From IMG/VR virus record IMGVR_UViG_3300027917_000030: DNA of 27,229 bases; one strand, given 5' to 3'. Shown one piece after another: positions 8,602 to 15,795 of the stretch. Under the pieces are notes generated by a model. The model saw only the letters and a program-made list of their open reading frames with translations, did not search any database and was not told the DNA's origin. The position numbers and the translations under genes were made by a program. Source of the stretch: a virus. Lineage: Duplodnaviria > Heunggongvirae > Uroviricota > Caudoviricetes. The stretch's first letter is position 1. Each line of letters begins with the position of its first letter.

Positions 8602-9227
8602 AACTTTTCCTCCAATGCCTTTCTAAGGGCCTCTATATCATTCTTTGTGATTACAAGGTTTTCCAAACCAAGTGTAGGATACATTACATCTTTTGGATTA
8701 TCTGAATGATAATCGCCTATAATAACATGACCAATCTCATGGATTATAATGGTCTTAAATAATGGGGCATGTTTGTTTAGAATAAAGACATCTCCTGTAT
8801 AAATCATTGTCATTCCGAGATGACTATGATGATTGCCCAAAACTACCATAACATGTGCTGGCCAATGCGAGAAAGATGATGCATCATAGATGGTGGGGAC
8901 TCCATCGATACGCCAAGTAAACATCTCAGAGAACTGGACATCCACAACAACGCCCTCCAGTTTAACCAACCCCTGAGATTCTGATTCCCAGTCTTTCATC
9001 GCTTCCCTAATAGAAACGATCTCTTCTTGCGAGAATCTGGAATCGATCCTAAAATGTACGATACTTCTGGTCGAAAGCCCAGGCACATAATCAGATACGC
9101 CCGCATCGGGACCTAAATCCCTTATCTGTTTCTCGATTGAATGTTCAACGAAAACGACATAACTCGCTGCAATTACGAGAAGAATGCCTAAAAAAAGTAG
9201 AACTGATTTAATCTTTATTCTCATCAA
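8598..9227 (-). CDS. Membrane-anchored matrixin-like (metzincin) metalloprotease
   Basis: N-terminal TM; IREAMKDWE; IIIHEIGHVIIGDYH zinc motif; Met-turn DVMYP. Confidence 0.85.
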   Translation of the reverse strand: MMRIKIKSVLLFLGILLVIAASYVVFVEHSIEKQIRDLGPDAGVSDYVPGLSTRSIVHFRIDSRFSQEEIVSIREAMKDWESESQGLVKLEGVVVDVQFSEMFTWRIDGVPTIYDASSFSHWPAHVMVVLGNHHSHLGMTMIYTGDVFILNKHAPLFKTIIIHEIGHVIIGDYHSDNPKDVMYPTLGLENLVITKNDIEALRKALEEKL

Positions 9228-10534
9228 CTCTCCTTTAAGAATTGCTTAGCAATATTTTTCCAGATCTTTTCCAAAGCATCCACATGTCCCTTATGCCCAT
9301 CGCTTCCGTAAAAGTGAGCCGCTTCGTGAGCAATGACACCAATAGCACTGGAACATGAGTGGAGAGTCTTGCGGCTAATGTAAATCCTTTCCTGCTTAAA
9401 CTGTCCTAACATTTTATCAGAGTTGAATTTAACTATCGAGATAATATCCCTGAAAGTGGATCCTTGGTCACCAACAGCATTGCTTACAATGTTTGTTGCT
9501 TTAAGATAGTTGATCCGTTCCAATGGAGAGAGTTCAGAAAGTTCATATGTCTTCACAATGTTACCCATCAACTTTTGTTTAACATCGGTCAGACCGCCAA
9601 ACTTCTGCCACAAAACTCCAACCAATGGCTTGCTGGGAACAACAATCCCCGTCGCCCCTAAGTGCCCAAGTTCTTGTGCCTCACCATCATTAGTTACAGG
9701 ATATGCTTCTCCACACTCTTCTTTCCACCTATTTGCAAAATGATTTAACAAGTCATCAGTAAGATAATTATGATATTCAAAAGACCTGATATCTTTGGTA
9801 TTTGCTACCAACAGATCATATAGGGGATCCCTGAGTTGCTCATCTGCAAGGGCGGCTTCCTTCCAGATATTCATCACAGTATACTCAACGTCAAATCCTC
9901 TTACAACACGGCGGTCCCTGTCAACATCAACTCCCTTAAGATCATATCCGTGCTGTAGACCTTCTTCTACCTGAACAAAGATGCCCTTTACAAAGATCTT
10001 CCCAGCATATTCCTCATCCATTATAAGAGTACCATAATAGTTTTCGTAGAACTTTTTAGGAGAGTGAAGGAATAAGAAGTTTTTCTTCTGCTCCTCCCAC
10101 TCATCAACATTAAATTCAACATCAATTCTCAACACATCCTTTGGTGTTGTCGAGCGAGAAATCTTAAAGCACAACACATCCTCGTCAAAAGTTCTACTAC
10201 GATCGATTACGGGGGTCCATATCTCATCACCCGAATAAACCTTAACTTTACGGCCAGCCCGAATCAGGGCGAGAACCCCAAGTTTGAACCCCTCACCAAA
10301 CTGCCCAATCTGATCCTCCCTGCCCTCCTTTGTGGTGTGCCCGAATAATAGTACCTTATGTGACAGGCTAACACCTTCGTTTTCAATTCTTAGAATTTTC
10401 TTCCTGGGGGAACTGATGGTCATGGGGAATCCATCTACTTCAGCATCCCTAGCATTTTGGACCAATTCCCGTATCCCCTCAAGTACGCCCCAGTCAGAAA
10501 GGTAGGTTGCTTTAATCGAAAGTTCTACTTTCAT
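9224..10534 (-). CDS. GHKL-fold ATPase with C-terminal HExxH motif
   Basis: WGVLEGIRELVQNARDA (N-box), IENEG (G1-like), IGQFGEGFKLG (G2); C-terminal VIAHEAAH...H. Confidence 0.85.
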   Translation of the reverse strand: MKVELSIKATYLSDWGVLEGIRELVQNARDAEVDGFPMTISSPRKKILRIENEGVSLSHKVLLFGHTTKEGREDQIGQFGEGFKLGVLALIRAGRKVKVYSGDEIWTPVIDRSRTFDEDVLCFKISRSTTPKDVLRIDVEFNVDEWEEQKKNFLFLHSPKKFYENYYGTLIMDEEYAGKIFVKGIFVQVEEGLQHGYDLKGVDVDRDRRVVRGFDVEYTVMNIWKEAALADEQLRDPLYDLLVANTKDIRSFEYHNYLTDDLLNHFANRWKEECGEAYPVTNDGEAQELGHLGATGIVVPSKPLVGVLWQKFGGLTDVKQKLMGNIVKTYELSELSPLERINYLKATNIVSNAVGDQGSTFRDIISIVKFNSDKMLGQFKQERIYISRKTLHSCSSAIGVIAHEAAHFYGSDGHKGHVDALEKIWKNIAKQFLKES

Positions 10535-10576
10535 TTTAACTCCATTTTAGCCTTGTCGATTGATACCATCAATGCT

Positions 10577-10604
10577 TTATACCCCTAGTTTCCCAGGGGT
10601 ATAA
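10577..10604 (-). other. Stable RNA hairpin with GAAA tetraloop (terminator, processing or stability element)
   Basis: Minus strand TTATACCCCT-GG-GAAA-CT-AGGGGTATAA: 12-bp stem including one G.U pair; no U-tract follows. Confidence 0.6.
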
Positions 10605-10609
10605 GGAGT

Positions 10610-10909
10610 TTACAGACCAAGCTCCTTGCGGAGGTCGGCAGCCTTATCCCTCTTCACAGCGGGCTTCCGCTCAGCCACCTCGACCAGTTCACAACTTTCG
10701 CTTTGAAACACGATCCGAGAGGTGAGAGAACCACTCTGTGACTCATAGAGTTTGCCCTCCAGCACAACTTCCTTGCCATTGGCGTCCACGAAAGTTAGAC
10801 GCACGACCTTAACATTACCATCCGAAGCCTGCATCGCACGCTTCTTCTCGTCATCTGAAAGAGTCTTGGAGCCGATAATAGTAGCATTGCCAGTGATTTG
10901 AACGACCAT
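10610..10909 (-). CDS. Small beta-rich protein, tandem paralog B
   Basis: AGGAG SD; shares GN.TI..SKTL, G.EVVLEG.LYES..GSLT.R and terminal ELGL with 10978-11289. Confidence 0.9.
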   Translation of the reverse strand: MVVQITGNATIIGSKTLSDDEKKRAMQASDGNVKVVRLTFVDANGKEVVLEGKLYESQSGSLTSRIVFQSESCELVEVAERKPAVKRDKAADLRKELGL

Positions 10910-10921
10910 TTTGTTTCTCCT

Positions 10922-10967
10922 AAAGAAATAAAAGGAAAGCCCTGGAATTTCCTACGCCCCAGGGCTT
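10922..10967 (-). terminator. Putative intrinsic terminator or attenuator between the paralogs
   Basis: AAGCCCTGG-N13-CCAGGGCTT 9-bp inverted repeat followed by TCCTTTTATTTCTTT on the minus strand. Confidence 0.6.
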
Positions 10968-10977
10968 AGGCGTGCGA

Positions 10978-11289
10978 TTAGAGACCCAACTCGACAGCAA
11001 GAGTCTGTGCAGTCTGCTGCTTGTCTTCCTTAACCTGAGATTGCTTCGCCTCTACCTCCACAACCTCAAACCTCTCAACCTTGGTGTTGAAACGAGCAGT
11101 GAGACTGCCCGCCTTGGACTCGTAGAGGCGACCCTCCAGAACCACCTCGTTACCGTCGACATCCAGAAGAGTAACGCGCAGAGCCTTATTCTTCCCTTCC
11201 GGAGCCTCGAGAACCTTCGCCTTATCGGCGTCGGTCAGAGTCTTAGAGTTAGCAATAGTGATGTTTCCGTTCAGTTGCAACTTAGCCAT
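10978..11289 (-). CDS. Small beta-rich protein, tandem paralog A (strong high-expression codon bias)
   Basis: AAGGAG SD; all 11 Lys codons are AAG; paralog of 10610-10909. Confidence 0.9.
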   Translation of the reverse strand: MAKLQLNGNITIANSKTLTDADKAKVLEAPEGKNKALRVTLLDVDGNEVVLEGRLYESKAGSLTARFNTKVERFEVVEVEAKQSQVKEDKQQTAQTLAVELGL

Positions 11290-11439
11290 GTCAATTCTCC
11301 TTTTCTGGCTTCGTCCCTATCGACCCTAATCTCCATGATCAGGTAGGTTCAGGACTAGTTTTTCCTATTTGGAGATTTTTGGTTTCGTCGAATTTGAATC
11401 GGCGGAAAAAAATTTTCGAAAATCACGCGCACGATATTT

Positions 11440-11467
11440 TTTATAACTTTTTTCTTGATTGTAACAA
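11440..11467 (-). promoter_or_regulatory. Putative sigma70-type promoter
   Basis: TTGTTA-N16-TATAAA on the minus strand in the only large AT-rich intergenic region (11290-11503). Confidence 0.5.
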
Positions 11468-11503
11468 CCCTATTTAACACCTCCTCTAGACCGTTATTGT
11501 GCG

Positions 11504-11800
11504 TTACATAAATGCGTGAAAGATTGCTCCAAAAATCAAATAGAAAAGGGGGCGGAGAAGCATACTTAAAAAAGCAGATACAGCACTCTCATTTTTATTG
11601 CTATGAGTGCGGGCTGTAAACATACCAATTAGCACGCCAACACCAAGCGCATGGGCTGCTCCAATGGGCTGCAATCCAAGCGGAACCATAAACCAGCCCC
11701 ACATGATTTTCAAAAGAATGCCATGAATAATAATTGATACGGGCAAAAGAAGCAGGGTAAGCAGAGCAAAGACCCCCTCAGTTTCATCACTGCGACTCAT
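11504..11800 (-). CDS. Membrane protein (about 3 TM)
   Basis: Hydrophobic segments; MWGWFMVPLGLQPIG..HALG pattern. Confidence 0.8.
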   Translation of the reverse strand: MSRSDETEGVFALLTLLLLPVSIIIHGILLKIMWGWFMVPLGLQPIGAAHALGVGVLIGMFTARTHSNKNESAVSAFLSMLLRPLFYLIFGAIFHAFM

Positions 11801-12023
11801 GAAACCCAGTCCCTTTCAGTTCCTTCAAAAGTTGTTGTTCTGTCTGCTGAGGGCTATCGGAATCAGTATACCAATGTGCAAATACAATCAACCCAACCAA
11901 TAGAAGCAATAATAGAATAAATCTACCATGTACTCCCTGGTTATCGTCAATGCAGTAGGGGCATCTACCAGCAAATAACGGGATCTTTCTCATACAACTT
12001 AAGCAGAGTTTTTTCGCTCCCAT
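11787..12023 (-). CDS. Zn-ribbon plus TM protein
   Basis: CLSC...CPYC followed by FILLLLLLVGLIVF. Confidence 0.75.
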   Translation of the reverse strand: MGAKKLCLSCMRKIPLFAGRCPYCIDDNQGVHGRFILLLLLLVGLIVFAHWYTDSDSPQQTEQQLLKELKGTGFHESQ

Positions 12024-12229
12024 CTTGATCTCTCCATCTTAGCCCTTACATTATTTATCAGTTCATCTGTTGCCTTGATGACAGCCAACAAATTGCTACA
12101 GATGGACTCAATATCATTTCTTACCTTCTTATATGGCTTTGCTCGTGGCTTACCATATAATTCTTTAAGGTGTGCTATGGTCTGGTTTTTCTTAACTTTA
12201 TAGCACACCACAAATTTCGACTTAGTCAT
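11999..12229 (-). CDS. Hypothetical basic protein
   Basis: Tiles with neighbours. Confidence 0.65.
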   Translation of the reverse strand: MTKSKFVVCYKVKKNQTIAHLKELYGKPRAKPYKKVRNDIESICSNLLAVIKATDELINNVRAKMERSRWERKNSA

Positions 12230-12431
12230 CTAATGTTTCATTCTCAGTTTCCTCCCACTCCGATAACTCCTCAATGTTGTCGAGATCATTCCCACCACGA
12301 CGAACATAATCTAAGCCACCATCAACAAAAATTTCACCGCACGGACATGCCTGAAAATCGTGCCTGAACCGACTTTCAATAATAGTATCACACAGCTTGC
12401 ACCGTGCCGCATTTTTGATCAGTCGCTTCAT
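12222..12431 (-). CDS. Conserved phage Zn-binding protein (DUF7695-like)
   Basis: NAARCKLCDTIIESRFRHDFQACPCGEIFVDGGLDYVRRG; family name is from recollection. Confidence 0.8.
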   Translation of the reverse strand: MKRLIKNAARCKLCDTIIESRFRHDFQACPCGEIFVDGGLDYVRRGGNDLDNIEELSEWEETENETLDD

Positions 12432-12667
12432 GTTTGAATTACCCCGCCACGATATGCTACAGGCTTCTTGGGTTTATTATCACTATGTTCGATCCATCGG
12501 ATCACAACTTCACAATCAGCTTCACGCAGATTGCAAATTGTTTTTTCGTCCGCAACAGTTTCGAGGTTGATAGTAGCATCGACTGGCCAGTCGCCGGTCT
12601 GCATCCTAAGTATCTCCAGCAACTCTTCCTTGGATATCCGAATTGTTTTATTCAACAATACCTTCAC
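12428..12667 (-). CDS. Hypothetical protein
   Basis: GTG start overlapping the upstream TGA; ends PVAYRGGVIQT. Confidence 0.7.
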   Translation of the reverse strand: MKVLLNKTIRISKEELLEILRMQTGDWPVDATINLETVADEKTICNLREADCEVVIRWIEHSDNKPKKPVAYRGGVIQT

Positions 12668-12822
12668 TTTTTGTTCCTCCTGAGTTCTTTCTTAGCGGCA
12701 TCATATGCTCGCTCGATCTTATCCTTGGCTTCCTTAATTTCCTTTTCATCGCTATTCAGGAGAGTATAAATTCCTATAGCAGCCATGAAACACAGAAAAA
12801 GAAATCCTATTAACTTAAGCAT
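12664..12822 (-). CDS. Small membrane-anchored coiled-coil protein (52 aa; paralog of 24213-24401)
   Basis: Hand-translated MLKLIGFLFLCFMAAIGIYTLLNSDEKEIKEAKDKIERAYDAAKKELRRNKK; AAGGAG SD. Confidence 0.75.
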   Translation of the reverse strand: MLKLIGFLFLCFMAAIGIYTLLNSDEKEIKEAKDKIERAYDAAKKELRRNKK

Positions 12823-12831
12823 GTTGTCTCC

Positions 12832-13236
12832 TTAAAATGGTATTTCTTCCTCCTCTGGCACAACGCGAGGGTCATAGTTCTGACACAATTCGTTACTGCA
12901 CCAAAATTGACTACACATCAGTTCCCCATCGCTACCACAAATTGGGCAACCAGCACCCTCTGTTAAGAATACTGGAGGTCCATTGAGCAGAGCATGAAAA
13001 GCACCAGTTTCTTTATAGACACCCCATTCTCTATCAGAGATCTTGACGAAACATAAATCAGAATCATAACGAGAAGGTGTGCAAGAATCAACCTCTAAAG
13101 TAGTACGAATATTTGATGCCGCCCAAATAAACCAGTCGGCAAGAGGATCATAAAAGGGGCTGCCGCTGTTGTTCCAGGCGTTAAGAAACGCTTCGTTTAT
13201 TCTAACTTTATCTCCGGGCTTTGGAATTTTCCACAT
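12832..13236 (-). CDS. Hypothetical protein with C-terminal Zn ribbon and SSB-like acidic tail
   Basis: CPICG...WCSNELC; ends EEEEIPF. Confidence 0.8.
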   Translation of the reverse strand: MWKIPKPGDKVRINEAFLNAWNNSGSPFYDPLADWFIWAASNIRTTLEVDSCTPSRYDSDLCFVKISDREWGVYKETGAFHALLNGPPVFLTEGAGCPICGSDGELMCSQFWCSNELCQNYDPRVVPEEEEIPF

Positions 13237-13245
13237 ATCTTCCCC

Positions 13246-13515
13246 TCAAAAATCATTACCGGTACAAGAATCCCCCTTTCTGATGTAGGGGTATCCAATC
13301 TGCGCTTGTAGGTCAGCAACAGCCTGCTCTTCGGTTTGTCCATGACCCTCAATGCCAACTACCTGATTGCAAGTGGCAATAAACAATTTATCTTTTTCTT
13401 TTACTGTAGCCTGGCATAGAATAATCATTTCGCCAGTCTTGGCATAGAACTCCCAATAACTCGTCGGAGTGTGAATATGCCCACACTTTTCACACACAAA
13501 GTTCATTATTCTCAC
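13246..13515 (-). CDS. Zn-ribbon plus HicB-like domain protein
   Basis: CEKCGH at the N-terminus; FIATCNQVVGIEGHGQTEEQAVADL matches the HicB N-domain pattern (G.T.EEA). Likely true start is ATG 13506. Confidence 0.65.
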   Translation of the reverse strand: MRIMNFVCEKCGHIHTPTSYWEFYAKTGEMIILCQATVKEKDKLFIATCNQVVGIEGHGQTEEQAVADLQAQIGYPYIRKGDSCTGNDF

Positions 13516-13924
13516 TCAGGTATTTTGCTACCATCTCGGAATCTTTGTTGAACTCTTCTGACCAACTACTCCATCCAGCCTTATAAAGTTCATCAAGAGA
13601 TGATAACTCGTTACCGTTTTTCTTGGGTTGCCAATAACCTGTTTGGTTTCCAATCTGTTTTGTTATCCAAACACGATCTGTTTTCCCAAACTGTGTGGCA
13701 GTAATATCAATGATGTGTCCATCGTATACATTATATACATGTCCATCAGCCGCCACAAGTCGCACATCATATCCAAGTCTCTGAGCCTCTATGAAAAATT
13801 GCACAGACGCGCGTTTACAAAACCCTCCAAGTGTCGGATTACTACTTGGATTCTTAAACTGATGTCTATAAATCTCTTCAAACGCATCACGGATTTTATG
13901 TGCTAATCTTTTAACCTCAACCAT
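13490..13924 (-). CDS. Papain/transglutaminase-like fold protein (YunG-like)
   Basis: GGFCKRAS (Cys), GHVYN (His), IIDITATQF (Asp). Start reassigned to ATG 13924. Confidence 0.65.
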   Translation of the reverse strand: MVEVKRLAHKIRDAFEEIYRHQFKNPSSNPTLGGFCKRASVQFFIEAQRLGYDVRLVAADGHVYNVYDGHIIDITATQFGKTDRVWITKQIGNQTGYWQPKKNGNELSSLDELYKAGWSSWSEEFNKDSEMVAKYLSENNELCV

Positions 13925-14090
13925 CTTTGCTCGACTTTCTGGTCCAGATGTAGCGAAGGAGATAATACCACCCACAACCTGCTGCTCCACTAAGAACGAT
14001 TCCCTGCCAGCCTGGTCCAGTACTATTCCCGATAAAACCACCGAGCGCAAAGGCTCCAACAATTAATAAAACCAAAAACATCATTCCCAT
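13917..14090 (-). CDS. Small two-TM membrane protein
   Basis: Start reassigned to ATG 14090 (GGGAG SD); two hydrophobic segments. Confidence 0.7.
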   Translation of the reverse strand: MGMMFLVLLIVGAFALGGFIGNSTGPGWQGIVLSGAAGCGWYYLLRYIWTRKSSKDG

Positions 14091-14098
14091 TCTCCCTT

Positions 14099-14674
14099 CT
14101 AATCTGCTACAACGCACCACTCATTGCTATAGCCAATGATTTCTTTTGCCATCCCTCTGATCTCGTCTGCCGTCCATTCCTTCGCTTCGTTGTTTCCGCC
14201 TGCCAGATTATGAACAAAACGATAAGGAGTTAGCGGACTTCTAGGACCAGCCGATGCCAATATCGCAACCAACATATGAGTATATCCTCGATCTTTGACC
14301 CATCCTGCCCCCGCCTCATTCACATCTGGATCGTTCAGATAGGCATCGACCGTGTACACTACTACAGCGACCTTGTCCACCTCAGAAGCAAATTGCCTCT
14401 TGAGATACAATCCAACCTTGTCACGATATAGACGCGAAACATAGTCGTCAGGATTAGTTGTCCTTCTGCCAACTCCAGCGGATACATAGTGACAAAAATG
14501 ACATGGCAGTTCAATATAAGCCTGACCAGGTACTCGACAAGAAGCAAAGTTCGCCTTTGCGATCTCATCCTTAATGTCGGTCATGAAACGCTTTTTACTG
14601 ATTACCTTGGATCCGATAGTCGAATCATTAAAGGCAGTTAGTACATCGGAGATTCCTACTCTAATGTCATCCAT
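14099..14674 (-). CDS. Conserved hypothetical protein
   Basis: AGGAGG SD; conserved-looking VSAGVGRR, VVVYT..AYL.DPD, PLTP.RFV.NLAGGN. Confidence 0.8.
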   Translation of the reverse strand: MDDIRVGISDVLTAFNDSTIGSKVISKKRFMTDIKDEIAKANFASCRVPGQAYIELPCHFCHYVSAGVGRRTTNPDDYVSRLYRDKVGLYLKRQFASEVDKVAVVVYTVDAYLNDPDVNEAGAGWVKDRGYTHMLVAILASAGPRSPLTPYRFVHNLAGGNNEAKEWTADEIRGMAKEIIGYSNEWCVVAD

Positions 14675-14682
14675 AATTCCTC

Positions 14683-15204
14683 CTAATCACTGGAGTCCCA
14701 AGTGGTAGTGAAACGATATGCTCCATCAGGAAGGCAGCGGCACTGGATACCTGTCCAACCAGGACATTTATCCCTTTGAAGGAACTCTTTAAAATCATTC
14801 ATTTCATCGGAAGTTAGGTCGCGCTCAAATACAATAACTCGATGATAATCTCGTATGCCTCGTGAAAGAATGCTAGTTCTTTCATCAAGATTCCATCCAG
14901 TATCAGATTTTATACTAAGTTTACTCACAGCGCCTTTTAGCTCTTTGAGGCGCTGTTCGCAGTTACATGGGTGTGATGGTGGGGCATTATCAAAGTTACG
15001 AATGGTCGAATGGCCAAACTGGACCAAAGCAATCTTGTATGCAAGTTCTGGATCCTTGTGAACGCCACCATTATAACAAATCCCAGAATACCCTCCACAA
15101 CCTGAACACCCGCAAATAGTTGGAAAAGTCACCCGCCTCTCGTGAATCTTTGGATCATATTCCCTCTTAACAACATCATCAAACTTTAGTTTCATAACTA
15201 CCAC
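14683..15204 (-). CDS. Hypothetical protein, Cys-containing
   Basis: CGCSGC cluster; tiles with neighbours. Confidence 0.7.
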   Translation of the reverse strand: MVVMKLKFDDVVKREYDPKIHERRVTFPTICGCSGCGGYSGICYNGGVHKDPELAYKIALVQFGHSTIRNFDNAPPSHPCNCEQRLKELKGAVSKLSIKSDTGWNLDERTSILSRGIRDYHRVIVFERDLTSDEMNDFKEFLQRDKCPGWTGIQCRCLPDGAYRFTTTWDSSD

Positions 15205-15536
15205 CTATCTGGTTCCCAAAAAACTGTAGGCAATCCATCCTTTATCCCCTCATCCAACTCATCGTGGATATCATTTTTTATTATTTCCCGCAGCCTCTTA
15301 CTCTTTGTATTATGAAACTCCTTGATTAATTCGATAGCATTTTCGTGCCAGGTTTTCCCTGAGTGGGGACACGTAAATCTATCATGCTTATACTTATTTC
15401 CACTCATTGCGGATGCCATGCTAATCGGACCCTCACAATCCCTCTCAACACTGCATTCGCTACCACATACCTGGCAATGCATGGTTTCATACTTTCCAGG
15501 AGGAGGGAAGAATACATCATACCCATTGTGAGGCAT
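15198..15536 (-). CDS. Hypothetical Zn-binding protein
   Basis: Start reassigned to ATG 15536 (GAGGAG SD); CQVCGSEC...HDRFTCPH..WH. Confidence 0.75.
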   Translation of the reverse strand: MPHNGYDVFFPPPGKYETMHCQVCGSECSVERDCEGPISMASAMSGNKYKHDRFTCPHSGKTWHENAIELIKEFHNTKSKRLREIIKNDIHDELDEGIKDGLPTVFWEPDRW

Positions 15537-15537
15537 A

Positions 15538-15795
15538 TTAGATCTCCTCTGGCGTCTTTTCAAGATCGCTGGTGTACATGGCGTAATCAACACAATTACG
15601 CATTCCAATATAGTTAATGAAATCGACGATGGCTGCGTCAACTAGCAATTTATCAACCTCGCGGTCTGCTGGAAAATTATTCATATGACCGTTTCGTTTA
15701 ATAGATTCGCCAGCCACTTCACTATAATCTTTGGCATAAATGGAAAGCGTCTTTAGTAGTTGCCCGACTGTCATCTCTACTCCATTGGATTCCAA
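15538..15795 (-). CDS. Hypothetical protein
   Basis: Probable start at the internal Met (MTVGQ); DFINY.G..NCVDYAMY block. Confidence 0.7.
   Translation of the reverse strand: MESNGVEMTVGQLLKTLSIYAKDYSEVAGESIKRNGHMNNFPADREVDKLLVDAAIVDFINYIGMRNCVDYAMYTSDLEKTPEEI

Noticed and set aside
11307-11317. GGGACGAAGCC resembling the c-di-GMP-I riboswitch core
   Set aside because: The flanking GCAAAC/GNRA P2 and tetraloop-receptor P3 elements are absent, and the match abuts the RBS.
11290-11503. tRNA gene or CRISPR array in the large intergenic region
   Set aside because: No cloverleaf with T-loop GTTCRA and acceptor stem, and no regularly spaced direct repeats, here or elsewhere by eye.
13925-14062. 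Long N-terminal extensions in the supplied ORF track (also at 15537-15641, 25737-25772, 3393-3434)
   Set aside because: They overlap upstream genes extensively; internal ATGs with SDs or start/stop overlaps are better starts.
14099-14674. Internal TPYR counted as a PYR motif
   Set aside because: It is embedded in a conserved globular block rather than at a disordered terminus; likely coincidental.
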